Origin: Sedimentisphaerales bacterium
Lineage (GTDB): Bacteria > Planctomycetota > Phycisphaerae > Sedimentisphaerales > Anaerobacaceae
Reading direction: 5' to 3'
Length of the DNA stretch: 64,000 nt
Assembly (NCBI GenBank): GCA_040772485.1
Contig: JAXGYC010000009.1
Coordinates: 224,001 to 288,000, forward strand
Shown: piece by piece, positions 1-10,210 of the stretch
How the letters are laid out: each line of letters opens with the position of its first letter
Position numbering within the stretch: position 1 is the first letter of the stretch
Translations under genes and position numbers: made by a program
Notes under the pieces: generated by a model
Database searches by the model: none
Told to the model about the DNA's origin: nothing
The model's input: the letters and a program-made list of their open reading frames with translations, nothing else

Positions 1-45
1 TTCGGCGTCGAACGCCCACACCCGGTTTTTCACACTCTTGAACAT
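1..45 (-). CDS. 5' fragment of a gene running off the window; probable PolB-related 3'-5' exonuclease
   Basis: ATG at 45-43 preceded by GAAGGAG RBS; translates MFKSVKNRVWAFDAE, ending in an Exo-I-like D-x-E motif. Only 15 codons are visible. Confidence 0.45.
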   Translation of the reverse strand, partial: MFKSVKNRVWAFDAE

Positions 46-248
46 CGTCGCGCTCCTTCGCTGTCCTTTCGGACCTGGGTGACAGCCTCGTAGGGACACT
101 ACCGCGTTGAAACCGCCACGGGACCGTTCTCAGGATGTCCAGGCTCATTATCATCGAGACGAGCGCGTGGGTCAATCCGCTTGGGCGATCTTCCGCCAGT
201 TGCAGAAGGGTCAGGTTGCCTGCCGATGCGGATGGAACTGCCGACGTG

Positions 249-734
249 TCAGGATGAAGCAGTGTGGCTCCTGGCGGTGCGCTCGGCGCGGTGTCTGCGG
301 CTGGCAGGTAGAAACATCTCGATCAGTCCGGCCAGGGGGTCGATCACCATCCAGACCAGGAACGTCGTCCCCAGCGTGCCCAGGGCGATGCCAAACAGGA
401 ACCGGCTCATCTGGCGGACCCCGATCATCCCCACGACGGCCGCCAGGGCGCCCAGCAGAGGCGCCGACACGTAGAGGCCCATGTAGCAGTTGCTGCTGGT
501 CAGAGGATGCTCCTGTTCGATGTGCCCGGATCGGGCGACTCCTCGCAGCAGGGCGAAAAGGTAGAGGCCGATCACCAGGACGAGCAGCAGCGCCGAGTGG
601 CCCGAGAACGAGAAGATCGTCCGCCAGCGGAATCCTGCCTGGTACAACCCCATCACCAGAAGATAGCCGACGCACAAGGTGAACCAGAGCATTGCGATCA
701 GATGCAGCCGGCTCAGTGTCTTCCTCGCCGTCAT
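249..734 (-). CDS. Hypothetical integral membrane protein (about 4 TM helices)
   Basis: ORF 249..791; likelier start MTARKTL at 734 after GAGGAG; four hydrophobic segments. Confidence 0.65.
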   Translation of the reverse strand: MTARKTLSRLHLIAMLWFTLCVGYLLVMGLYQAGFRWRTIFSFSGHSALLLVLVIGLYLFALLRGVARSGHIEQEHPLTSSNCYMGLYVSAPLLGALAAVVGMIGVRQMSRFLFGIALGTLGTTFLVWMVIDPLAGLIEMFLPASRRHRAERTARSHTASS

Positions 735-961
735 GGTCTGCTCCTCAACCTCCCCCGGTCTTGCGGACCGACGCCGCAACGCCGATGCCACCGAAGCACG
801 CCCTCCTCTGCGAATACTCCTCCCTCATGCGGCTCGCTCCGATTCAATCCGTACAAACACGCATTCTCATCGTCCGAAACCTCCTCTCGGAGCCGGGACG
901 GAACGTCCGCTCCGCCGGCCTGGACGTTGCCTTTGGGGCCGCCCTTTGGCGACGGTTGTGG

Positions 962-2806
962 TCACTGCTCGGCGAGCCAACCAAGGATTCTGGTCACCAG
1001 ATCCTGACGGGTTGCTTCGCGAACGATGACATATGGACATATGCCGAGAATGACGGTCCGGCGGCCGTTCGCCGTGGACCGGACACCGAAAATGGTGTCC
1101 TTGGCCTCGATCCAAAAGGTCATGCCGTTGTATTTCCTGAAGCCCTCCTGCTCGAAATGCATGATCGGGAAGACATTCGCGGGATCGATGATGCGGACCA
1201 TGTTGACGTAGTACATCAACAGGCGGCCTTCGATATGACGTTCCAGCTCACCCGTGATCACATCCCCTTGCTGACCCTCGATCCAGATGCTGTAGGTGGA
1301 CCCTCGTGCCTCGAGGTTCCAGCCGATATACTCCAGGCCGAAGTAGCTGAGGTTGTTGGGGGAGACCAGGCTGCCGATCACGCCGTCGCCGCAGATGAAG
1401 TGGTTGACATTGCTGGTGCTCTTGATGGCGTCGACTTCCTCGGAAGACAGGCCGTCGGAGGGACCTTTGTTCCAGATCACCACCTTGACATTCGTCAATT
1501 CCTCTTGGAAGGTCAGATAGGTGCTCGGATCGAGAATCACGGTGTCGGCATACGCGGCGTGAGTGATGTAGGGCGCCATCGAGTAATCGGATCCGGTCTC
1601 GAGCAGCAGGTGCTCGATTTCCGTCGTGATTCCTGTAACCATTCGCGACCTGTTAACCGTCGGCGTCCCCTGCAACTGGAGGAGCACCTTGGCGTCTCCA
1701 ACTCCGAGTGTGGAGCCGATCTTCAAGGTCAGCGACATCTGCACGGAGGCGTTCGCGGCGACCACCAACTGGCCCGTGGCCGGATCGGCGCCGGATGCGA
1801 CGAGCGTCGTGCTGCCGCTGGCAAATCGCGCCGACCAATCGGCGGGCGTCCTGTCGGTGGTCGACAGCGTCACGGTGTAGGTTTGTTGCTTGTTGGTGGC
1901 GTTTTTCAGGGTGTAGCTGTTGGCCAGATCCGAGCCGGCGGGGAGAGCCTTCGTTGCGGGAACATCGGAGTTGATGATCTTGTTCAGCAGCGTGCCGTCT
2001 TTAACGGCCACGGCGCTGTTGATGATTTCCTTGTTGTCCTGAGCATCCGCCTGGAGGATTCCAACAAAATACACATTGTCGATGTTCCAGCGTGTGTCGA
2101 TCTGCGATTCGAATTCGTACTCGTAGAACGCACCTGCATCGACGGAGGACGGAAGACCCCCGGCGATACCCCAGGGACCGCCCAGCATGGCGCGCACCAC
2201 GCTCATGTGATGGTATCCAACGATCTTCGTCGGTTCGTTGTAGTAGGGGTCGTCTTCGTAGCCGGGACGGCCGGAGAGGTAGTTGGCCTGATCGTAGCCG
2301 GAACCGGTGCCCGTCACGTTATCTTCAACGATGTAAACGTTGAATCGCAGAGGGAAGTCCATGGATTCGACAATGTTCGCGAGAACGCGTATCTTCGCGG
2401 TCCGCGTGCTCCGGTTCAGCGTGTAGAAACAATCGACTTCCGCTTTGGCCTTCTGTTGCATCTGGAATTCGCAGCACGTTTTCCAGACGTCCCGATTCAA
2501 GAAGACTTCGCCGCCGAAATTCCGCCTGTTGATTGACGCTGTGGGGAATCCGGTCAGCCCCAGGGTCTCGCCGATCACCCACTGTTCGGCGATGGCCATG
2601 GCGTCGCCGTTGTGGAGCTTCGTTGCAATGACCTGATCGCCGTACAGCTCGACAATCTCATCGACCATCACGCTTCCATCGGGACACCAGCCGCACCACG
2701 CTCCCGTGTGTTGTTCCAGCAGGACATTCTTGATTTGTGCCGTTGTTGCGCCGGCCATTGCCGCGATCAGGGCCGTCGTCAGTACGAGCATTGAGCGCCT
2801 ACCCAT
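962..2806 (-). CDS. Omp28-related exported protein with thioredoxin-like CxxC and long C-terminal extension
   Basis: AGGAGG RBS before ATG 2806; signal peptide; NVLLEQHTGAWCGWCPDG, GFPTASINR and YHHMSVVRAML are Omp28-type motifs. Confidence 0.75.
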   Translation of the reverse strand: MGRRSMLVLTTALIAAMAGATTAQIKNVLLEQHTGAWCGWCPDGSVMVDEIVELYGDQVIATKLHNGDAMAIAEQWVIGETLGLTGFPTASINRRNFGGEVFLNRDVWKTCCEFQMQQKAKAEVDCFYTLNRSTRTAKIRVLANIVESMDFPLRFNVYIVEDNVTGTGSGYDQANYLSGRPGYEDDPYYNEPTKIVGYHHMSVVRAMLGGPWGIAGGLPSSVDAGAFYEYEFESQIDTRWNIDNVYFVGILQADAQDNKEIINSAVAVKDGTLLNKIINSDVPATKALPAGSDLANSYTLKNATNKQQTYTVTLSTTDRTPADWSARFASGSTTLVASGADPATGQLVVAANASVQMSLTLKIGSTLGVGDAKVLLQLQGTPTVNRSRMVTGITTEIEHLLLETGSDYSMAPYITHAAYADTVILDPSTYLTFQEELTNVKVVIWNKGPSDGLSSEEVDAIKSTSNVNHFICGDGVIGSLVSPNNLSYFGLEYIGWNLEARGSTYSIWIEGQQGDVITGELERHIEGRLLMYYVNMVRIIDPANVFPIMHFEQEGFRKYNGMTFWIEAKDTIFGVRSTANGRRTVILGICPYVIVREATRQDLVTRILGWLAEQ

Positions 2807-3182
2807 GATACACCTCCTTCTGATGCACAAATGAGCGGAAGAAGCCGTACGGTGAAACCGCGTGCTTCCGTCACCGGACCTCCCGCGCTCCGGCAGGGCG
2901 ACCTGTTCTTCGGCCGGGACGCGCAACGACAATGAGAGTCCTCACTGTCTGTGCCATATCATAGCGGACTACGCGACTCCTTTTCTATTGGGGTAACTAC
3001 GTATTTTGGGCTGGGTCCCGCCGGACCGTTGCCGGCAAGCCGGAGACCCCGGACTGGAGCAACAGGCGGGGCGCGGAAGCCAAGCGGGCCAGCTCGTCCT
3101 GAAATGCACGGTATACGGCCGGATTGCCGATTCCATGTCGAAAGGCGCTACACCCACAATGACGTCGGCTCGAAAGCCCTTC

Positions 3183-3986
3183 TCAAGGCATGGGGCAGAC
3201 GCCTCCCGGGCACATCACAGGGGTGTAACCCAATTCACCGAAGACGCCCCTCTGGACGCCGTGCAGGTCCTCATTCCCGGGCGAGAGGGCCAGTTCGGTG
3301 TGGCGGGCGGTCGACTGCCACAGGTTCATATCCATCTTGGCGACCTCGAGAGTGCGAGGGTCCTTCCACTTGCGGTACTCGCTATGGCCGTCGGCGAAGG
3401 AGAAATTCGTTCCATCGGCGTGGCGAACCGTGACCTGGTCCCACCATCGTTCATCGTCATAGTAGACCGTCCAACTGTCCGGGCTGAGCCGGCCCTCGTC
3501 CAGAAACACGATCTGCACACTGGCATTGCGGACCTGGCTGCGCTGCCTCTTGATTTGCCCCTGCGCGCCGGGGATGTGGTAGTAACCGTTCATGGAATCG
3601 GGGATGGCATAGGTCACCACCTCACCGCGGACGCCGGTCGGGCATTTGTACAGCTTGATGTTCGGGCAGTAGCGATAGAGCAGCCCGTCCTTGATCCCCT
3701 GGATCCGCCGGTCTTCGGTGCTGTCGTTGCCCGGCCAGTAGACCCAGCAGGCTCCATCGCGGTTGTGGGCCCCCAGGGTGGTGTTGCCGCTGACGATCCG
3801 GTCGTCGTTGTCGTCCGCGTAGAGGTTCCAGGCGACAGCCATCTGTTTGACGTTGCCCAGGCAGACCGCCCGCTTGCCTTGCTCCCTGATTCGATGCAGG
3901 ACGGGCATGAGCAGGGCCATCAGAATGGCGATGACCGCGATGACGACGAGAAGCTCGATCAACGTGAAACCGTCCCTGCGGTCCAT
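3183..3986 (-). CDS. Prepilin-type N-terminal cleavage/methylation protein with H-X9-DG C-terminal motif (DUF1559-like)
   Basis: [24 protein letters not shown]-terminus; RHADGTNFSFADGH near the C-terminus. Confidence 0.88.
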   Translation of the reverse strand: MDRRDGFTLIELLVVIAVIAILMALLMPVLHRIREQGKRAVCLGNVKQMAVAWNLYADDNDDRIVSGNTTLGAHNRDGACWVYWPGNDSTEDRRIQGIKDGLLYRYCPNIKLYKCPTGVRGEVVTYAIPDSMNGYYHIPGAQGQIKRQRSQVRNASVQIVFLDEGRLSPDSWTVYYDDERWWDQVTVRHADGTNFSFADGHSEYRKWKDPRTLEVAKMDMNLWQSTARHTELALSPGNEDLHGVQRGVFGELGYTPVMCPGGVCPMP

Positions 3987-4257
3987 GTATCTTGCCCTTT
4001 CGCCTCGGCGCAGCCTCTCGCTTGGTGCGCGCTTGCCTGCCCGGCGAACCCCGAAAGACTGGTCCGGCAGGTCTGTTTGGCCCTCCGACAGGCGCCGACG
4101 CACCCCCATCCGAGCTTCATCCGCCGCAAATGTCAATTGTGGTGACTACTTATTTTCCCGGAGGCAGCCCCGTAGCGGGTCAAGTGCTGCCCGGAGAGGC
4201 GAATGGGCCGGCCAGAGCGATCCTGGTCCGGGGGGAAAGATCCGGTTCTTCTCTTCG

Positions 4258-4998
4258 TCAGAGGGCCGGCCAGAGACTGTAGACGAAGACCGCCAGCAGG
4301 GCGCCGAGGATGGGGCCGACGATGGGGACCCAGCTATAGGCCCAGTCGCTCGTTCCCTTGTTCTTGATCGGCACGAGCTGGTGGATCAGGCGCGGTCCCA
4401 GGTCGCGCGCCGGATTGATGGCGTATCCCGTCGTTCCGCCGAGAGACAGCCCGATCCCCATCACCACCAGGGCGACGGGGATGGCGCCGAGGCAACCCAT
4501 GCCCACCTTGATCTCTTCGTTCCCGGAGGTGAACGTCGGGCAGGAGGCGTACAGCACGGCCAGCAGCAGCACGAAGGTGCCGATCACTTCGCACAGGACG
4601 TTCCGCAGGGGGTTGCGAATCGCCGGTCCCGTGGCGAAGGTGCCGAGGATCGTGGCCGGGTCGGTGCTGGCGTCGTAATGGTCCTTGTAGAACAGCCAGA
4701 CGAGGAACGCACCGGCCGCACCGCCGAGGAACTGGGCAGCGAGGAACAGCGGGACCTTGGCCACCGCGAACTTCCCGGCTGCTGCCAAACCGATTGTCAC
4801 CGCAGGGTTGATGTGCGCGCCGCTGAACTCGCCGGTGATGGCGACGGCGACGAAGACGGCCAGTCCCCATCCCATCGTGATCACGATCCAGCCGCCGGCG
4901 TTTCCTTTGGTGCCCTTCAGGCAGACGTTGGCAACGACGCCGTCACCGAGCAGAACCAGAATCATCGTCCCCATGAATTCCGCCACAAATTCGCTCAT
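4258..4998 (-). CDS. glpF: Glycerol uptake facilitator (MIP/aquaglyceroporin)
   Basis: Two NPA motifs (HINPAVT, AINPARDLGPR); directly downstream of glpK. Confidence 0.92.
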   Translation of the reverse strand: MSEFVAEFMGTMILVLLGDGVVANVCLKGTKGNAGGWIVITMGWGLAVFVAVAITGEFSGAHINPAVTIGLAAAGKFAVAKVPLFLAAQFLGGAAGAFLVWLFYKDHYDASTDPATILGTFATGPAIRNPLRNVLCEVIGTFVLLLAVLYASCPTFTSGNEEIKVGMGCLGAIPVALVVMGIGLSLGGTTGYAINPARDLGPRLIHQLVPIKNKGTSDWAYSWVPIVGPILGALLAVFVYSLWPAL

Positions 4999-5026
4999 AC
5001 ACAAGTCTCCAATTCGGGCCAACCGA

Positions 5027-5118
5027 TTGGAATACTGGAATAGTGGAATGTTGGAATATTGGGCAGCGCGTCGGCGGCTCACTCATCATTCCATTATTCC
5101 ATCATTCCACCATTCCAA
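5027..5118. repeat. 8-bp periodic inverted repeat (TGGAATRN x4 ... CAYYATTC x4)
   Basis: tggaatac tggaatag tggaatgt tggaatat, spacer, then catcattc cattattc catcattc caccattc; lies between glpK and glpF. Confidence 0.85.
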
Positions 5119-5123
5119 CGTTC

Positions 5124-6620
5124 TTATTTGTCCCAATCCCGCACCCTGTCCACGGCCTTGTGCCAGTTCTTCAAAAGCTCGGTGCGCATCTGGGGCGCCA
5201 AGTGCGACTCGAACTGGGCCCCCTTCTTCCAGATCCTTCGAATCTCGGCCAAGTCCTTCCAGTACCCGACCGCCAGGCCCGCGAAGAACGCCGCGCCCAT
5301 CGCGGTGGTCTCCAGCGTCTGGGGCCGGACGACTTTCACCCCCGTCAGTCCCGCCTGGAACTCCATCAGGCGGTTGTTGACCGATGCGCCGCCGTCGACG
5401 CGAAGCTCGGCGATCGGGATGCCCGCGTCGTCGGCCATCGCGTCCAGAACGTCCTTGGTCTGGAAGGCGATCGACTCGACGCAGGCCCTCGCGATGTGGG
5501 CGCTGGTCGTTCCCCGCGTGATGCCGAAGATAGCGCCCCGGGCGTATTGGTCCCAGTAGGGGGCCCCGAGTCCGGCGAACGCCGGAACCATGTACACGCC
5601 GCCGTTGTTCTCGACGGAGTTGGCCAGCGTTTCGACCTGCTCGGATTTGTCGATGCAGTGCAGTCCGTCACGAAGCCATTGCACGACCGCGCCGGCGATG
5701 AAGATGCTTCCCTCCAGAGCATAAGTCACCTGGTCGCCCAGCTTCCAGGCGATGGTCGTCAGCAGGTTGTTCTTGGATCGCCTGGCCTTCTGCCCCGTGT
5801 TCATCATGATGAAGCAGCCGGTCCCGTAGGTGTTCTTGATCATCCCCTCTTCCGTGCACATCTGGCCGAACATGGCGGCCTGCTGGTCGCCCGCGATGCC
5901 GGCGATGGGGACATTGGGGGCGGGAAACGTGGTCGCGGTCACGCCGACCGCCTCGCTGCAGCTCTTGACCTCGGGAAGCATCGACGACGGGACGCCAAAC
6001 AGCTCGCACAGCTCGTCGTCCCACCTCTGATCGTGGATGTTGAACAGCAGCGTCCGGCTGGCGTTCGAGATGTCGGTGGCGTGCACAGCGCCGTTGGTCA
6101 GCTTCCACACCAGCCATGAGTCGACGGTGCCAAAGGCCAACTCTCCCGCCTGGGCCCGTTGTCGGGCCCCGGGGATGTGATCGAGAATCCAACGCACCTT
6201 CGTCGCGGAGAAATAGGCGTCGATGACCAGCCCGGTCTTCTGCTGAATCAGTTCGGAGTGGCCCGCGGCCCGCAGCTCGTCGCAGAACGCCGAGGTCCGG
6301 CGGTCCTGCCAGACGATGGCGTTGTGAATCGGCTCGCCGGTGCGGCGGTCCCAGACGAGGGCGGTCTCGCGCTGATTGGTGATTCCGATGGCGGCGATGT
6401 CCCCGCCGCCGAGGTTCAGCCTGGCCATGGCCTCGGCCGCGACGCTGGCCTGACTCGACCAGATCTCATTTGGATCATGTTCGACCCAGCCGCTTTTGGG
6501 GAAGATCTGCTGGAACTCCTTCTGGGCCACCGAGCAGATCTTGCCCTGCCGGTCCACGATCAACGCGCGGGAGCTGGTGGTTCCCTGATCGAGCGCCAGA
6601 ATGTACTTCGCTTCAGCCAT
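5124..6620 (-). CDS. glpK: Glycerol kinase
   Basis: [44 protein letters not shown] motifs; start MAEAKY after AAGAAGG. Confidence 0.96.
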   Translation of the reverse strand: MAEAKYILALDQGTTSSRALIVDRQGKICSVAQKEFQQIFPKSGWVEHDPNEIWSSQASVAAEAMARLNLGGGDIAAIGITNQRETALVWDRRTGEPIHNAIVWQDRRTSAFCDELRAAGHSELIQQKTGLVIDAYFSATKVRWILDHIPGARQRAQAGELAFGTVDSWLVWKLTNGAVHATDISNASRTLLFNIHDQRWDDELCELFGVPSSMLPEVKSCSEAVGVTATTFPAPNVPIAGIAGDQQAAMFGQMCTEEGMIKNTYGTGCFIMMNTGQKARRSKNNLLTTIAWKLGDQVTYALEGSIFIAGAVVQWLRDGLHCIDKSEQVETLANSVENNGGVYMVPAFAGLGAPYWDQYARGAIFGITRGTTSAHIARACVESIAFQTKDVLDAMADDAGIPIAELRVDGGASVNNRLMEFQAGLTGVKVVRPQTLETTAMGAAFFAGLAVGYWKDLAEIRRIWKKGAQFESHLAPQMRTELLKNWHKAVDRVRDWDK

Positions 6621-6653
6621 GTAGCACCCTTCTTTTTTGTCGATGTACATGTG

Positions 6654-6675
6654 AATCCCGATGTGCATCGGGATT
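6654..6675. repeat. AATCCCGAT-N4-ATCGGGATT palindrome (dispersed family)
   Basis: Near-identical copies at 35433-35454 and 55988-56005. Confidence 0.75.
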
Positions 6676-6925
6676 ACGGCCAGCACGACCCCTTCCGAAA
6701 GACCAAAGTAAACCACGTGCCCTGTTCCCTGTCAAACATCGCTTCACTCATATTGTGCCCGCGAAGGCGCCTCAGGCCGGGGATCAGTGTTCATCTCACC
6801 GATTGCATCGGGTATACTCACAGGCTGTTCGTGGTCTGCCCGTCAGGGCATACGGCGGGGGCGAACTGCGCTTCACCCCTGGAAGCCGGTAGACGCATAA
6901 CACGAATCGGGAGGTCGTTCGATTT

Positions 6926-7894
6926 ATGGAACGAGTTCGATTGGGACGAAGCGGGCTGTCGGTGTCGCCGGTTGCCTTCGGCACGTGGCAGTTGAGTCCC
7001 CGTTTCTGGGGCGAGGTGGACAAGAAGCAGATACTTGCGGCGGTCCGGCTGGCGTTCGACAAAGGGATCAACTTCTTCGACACGGCTGATGCCTATGGCG
7101 ATGGGTACGGCGAGAGCACGCTGGGCGAGGCGATCCGCGATCTTCCGCGGGGCGAGATCGTCGTCTGCACGAAGGTGTACAACCACTTCAACCCGGACGG
7201 CTCGCGGTATCCCGATCTCAGCCGGGAGCACCTGATCGAACGGTGCGAGGCGTCGCTGAAGCGTCTGGGCGTCGAGAGGATCGATCTGTACCTCCTGCAC
7301 TTCTACGACCTGATGACTCCGCTGGAGGAGGTGGCCGGCGTGCTCGACCAGTTGCGCGAACAAGGCAAGGTGCGCGCGATCGGCGTGAGCAATCACGGCG
7401 TCGAACAGGTGCGGGCCCAGCGGCGCTTCGGACCCTACGACGTGGTGCAGCCTCCGTACAGTCTGATCGACCCGGCCGGCGAGGACGACCTGTTGCCCTA
7501 TTGCCAGGGGCAGGACCTCGGCGTGATGATCTATTCACCGATGCACAAGGGATTGCTCACGGGCAAGTACCGTGGCGACGAGATGTTCGCGGATTTTCGC
7601 AAACACCATCCGGATTTTCAGGGGCAGCGATTCCGCGATCTGTGCCGGGCGGTCCAGTCGCTGTCGCCGATGGCCCGGCGGTATGGATTGACGCTGTACC
7701 AGTTGATTCTGGCGGCCACGCTGATGCACCCGGCGATCCACGTGGCGGTCTGCGGGTTCAAAAGCCCCGATCAGGTCGCCGAAGCCGCCGGCGCGATGGG
7801 TCGGCAGATCGAGCGGCCGGACGTATTCGCCATCCGCAAGACGCTCGGCCCCGCCGGGGCCAAGGTCATCGACGCCAGCGGCACCCGAAAGTAG
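6926..7894 (+). CDS. Aldo/keto reductase
   Basis: FFDTADAYGDG, IDLYLLH, GKVRAIGVSN, YSPMHKGLLTGKY motifs; GGAGG RBS. Confidence 0.93.
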   Translation: MERVRLGRSGLSVSPVAFGTWQLSPRFWGEVDKKQILAAVRLAFDKGINFFDTADAYGDGYGESTLGEAIRDLPRGEIVVCTKVYNHFNPDGSRYPDLSREHLIERCEASLKRLGVERIDLYLLHFYDLMTPLEEVAGVLDQLREQGKVRAIGVSNHGVEQVRAQRRFGPYDVVQPPYSLIDPAGEDDLLPYCQGQDLGVMIYSPMHKGLLTGKYRGDEMFADFRKHHPDFQGQRFRDLCRAVQSLSPMARRYGLTLYQLILAATLMHPAIHVAVCGFKSPDQVAEAAGAMGRQIERPDVFAIRKTLGPAGAKVIDASGTRK

Positions 7895-7917
7895 GGGCGA
7901 ATCATCATTCGTCCCTG
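7891..7917. repeat. GTAG-type REP (GTAGGGGCGAA-N6-TTCGYCCCT) supplying the AKR stop codon
   Basis: The TAG stop at 7892-7894 is the TAG of the GTAG foot; same family at 10341, 38011, 41011, 52456, 56976, 57118, 62444 and 63030. Confidence 0.8.
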
Positions 7918-7959
7918 TCTCGATATGCGCCGAGATGGACCCGTATCTGGAGGGACACA

Positions 7960-10143
7960 ATGACCGACACATTGACATCGATGATCGTTGCCACCGCGCT
8001 GCTGATCGCGACTGTCGGGTCGTCAAACGCTGTTTGTAGTGTGCCTGTGAGGGCATACCCTGAGGATAACGCCTTACGACGTCACTACAAGCTCGACCGC
8101 CATGCCCTGGTGACACGGCACAATGTCACGCTGACGCGCCCGGACGCGCTGACTGGGCTGAGTGTCGGCAACGGCCAGTTCGCCTTCACCGCCGACATCA
8201 CCGGCCTTCAGACCTTCCCCGAGTACCACGAGCGAGGTACGCCGCTGTGCACGCAGTCGCAATGGGGCTGGCACACCTGTCCGCCTGCGGCAGACTACCG
8301 GCTGGCCGATGCGCTGGAGGAGTACGACGTGGCCGGACGCAAGGTGCCCTATGCCTCCGGCGCCGCTCGTTCCGGCGGCTATTTGCCGGCCGCAGAGTGG
8401 CTGCGCGCCAATCCGCATCGCCTGCACCTCGGCAGGATCGGGCTGCTTCTGGCGAAATCGAATGGCTCGGCCGCAAGCGTCGAGGACCTGACCGAGACGT
8501 CGCAGACTCTCGACCTGTGGTCCGGGCTGCTGGCCAGCGAGTTCGAGGTTGAGGGCCAGCCCGTTCAAGTCTTGACGGTGTGCCATCCGACGCGTGACAT
8601 CCTGGCGATTCGCATCGAATCTCCCCTCGTCGAACAGGGGCGGCTGCGAATCTTGCTGGCGTTTCCTTACGGCAATCCTGATTGGCGTAACGCCGCCGAC
8701 TGGGGCCATCCCGACCGCCATACGACGCAGGCTCAAATCGCCGGCTCTCGAGCCGACCTGACGCGAACCCTCGACGCGGACCGCTATTACGTCCGCATGG
8801 TGGGATCGGAGGGGACCCGAATCCGCCGCACCTCGCAGCACGAGTACGAAATGGATCGGCCGGAAAGAGATTCGATGGAGGTGGTGTTCGCCTTCTCGCC
8901 CGAGTCGGTCTCAGAGTCTGTGTCCGGCTTCGAAGCGGTTCGGACCGCCGCACGCGACCATTGGGAGCAATTCTGGCGCAGCGGCGGAGCGATTGATTTC
9001 TCCGAGTGCACCGACCCGCGCGCCGCCGAACTGGAGCGGAGGGTCGTGCTCTCGCAATACCTCATGGCGGTCAACTGCTCGGGCGACCGGCCGCCGCAGG
9101 AGACCGGCCTGGTCTACAACAGTTGGTTCGGCAAGTTTCACCTGGAGATGCACTGGTGGCACGCGGTGCACTTCGCGCTGTGGGACCGGTTGCCGTTGCT
9201 GGAGCGGAGCCTGTCGTGGTATCAGTCGATCCTGCCGGCGGCGCGGGCGACGGCGCAGCTTCAGGGCTATGACGGGGTTCGCTGGCCCAAGATGGCCTCG
9301 CCCGATGGACGCGACAGCCCGAGCAGCGTGGGCGTGTTCCTGATCTGGCAGCAGCCGCACCCGATCTACTACGCCGAGCTGTGCTACCGCGCTCGCGGCG
9401 ACCGCGCGACCCTCGAGCGATATCGTGACATCGTGTTCGAGACCGCCGCCTTCATGGCGTCGTATCCGGTGTGGGACGAGACCGGTCATCGCTACGTGTT
9501 GGGACCGGCCATGATTCCGGCCCAGGAAAGCTATGGACGCTATCGCCGGAGCACGCTGAACCCGACCTTCGAGCTGGCCTACTGGCACTGGGCCCTGGAG
9601 ACGGCGCAGAAGTGGCGCGAGCGGCTCGGCCTGGAGCGCGACGCTCGATGGGACCGCGTGATCGGCCATCTATCGCGTCCGACCATCCGCGACGGCGTCT
9701 ATGCGGCAATCGAAACCGAACCGTACACGATCTTCCAGGATCACCCGTCGATGCTGTGTGCTCTGGGCCTCCTGCCGCAAACGCCTCTGATTGATCCGGC
9801 GGTGATGCGGCGGACGCTCGATCGTGTGATGGCCGAGTGGGACTGGCCCAGCACGTGGGGCTGGGACTATCCTGTCATGGCGATGACCGCCGCCCGCCTG
9901 GGCGAGCCGGCCAGGGCGATCGATGCGCTGTTCGTCGACGCCGAGAAGAACCGCTATCTCGCCAATGGACACAATTATCAATCGCCTCGCCTGCCCGTTT
10001 ACCTGCCGGGCAACGGGGGACTGCTCGCGGCGGTGGCGATGATGGCCGCGGGGTGGGATGGCTGCCCCGACCGTCCGAATCCCGGCTTCCCGGACGACGG
10101 CACGTGGCGCATCCGCTGGGAGGGGCTGCGGCGGATGCCTTGA
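7960..10143 (+). CDS. Secreted six-hairpin (alpha/alpha)6 glycosidase, GH65/GH95-like
   Basis: GGAGG RBS, signal peptide; DRHALVTRHN, LSVGNGQFAFTADITGLQT, SWFGKFHLEMHWWH, TWGWDYP and YLPGNGGLL motifs. Exact family uncertain. Confidence 0.75.
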   Translation: MTDTLTSMIVATALLIATVGSSNAVCSVPVRAYPEDNALRRHYKLDRHALVTRHNVTLTRPDALTGLSVGNGQFAFTADITGLQTFPEYHERGTPLCTQSQWGWHTCPPAADYRLADALEEYDVAGRKVPYASGAARSGGYLPAAEWLRANPHRLHLGRIGLLLAKSNGSAASVEDLTETSQTLDLWSGLLASEFEVEGQPVQVLTVCHPTRDILAIRIESPLVEQGRLRILLAFPYGNPDWRNAADWGHPDRHTTQAQIAGSRADLTRTLDADRYYVRMVGSEGTRIRRTSQHEYEMDRPERDSMEVVFAFSPESVSESVSGFEAVRTAARDHWEQFWRSGGAIDFSECTDPRAAELERRVVLSQYLMAVNCSGDRPPQETGLVYNSWFGKFHLEMHWWHAVHFALWDRLPLLERSLSWYQSILPAARATAQLQGYDGVRWPKMASPDGRDSPSSVGVFLIWQQPHPIYYAELCYRARGDRATLERYRDIVFETAAFMASYPVWDETGHRYVLGPAMIPAQESYGRYRRSTLNPTFELAYWHWALETAQKWRERLGLERDARWDRVIGHLSRPTIRDGVYAAIETEPYTIFQDHPSMLCALGLLPQTPLIDPAVMRRTLDRVMAEWDWPSTWGWDYPVMAMTAARLGEPARAIDALFVDAEKNRYLANGHNYQSPRLPVYLPGNGGLLAAVAMMAAGWDGCPDRPNPGFPDDGTWRIRWEGLRRMP
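8032..8092. repeat. REP doublet (REPIN-like) inside the coding sequence
   Basis: Reverse complement matches both arms of the intergenic element at 62507-62603 (GTAGTGACGCCGTAAGGCGTTATC and TATGCCCTGACGGGCRCACTAC). Confidence 0.85.
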
Positions 10144-10210
10144 CCGGCGGGAGGGCATCGGGTATCTCAGGGCAGGACAACACCTCGGCACGAAAAAGGA
10201 GAACACGGCC

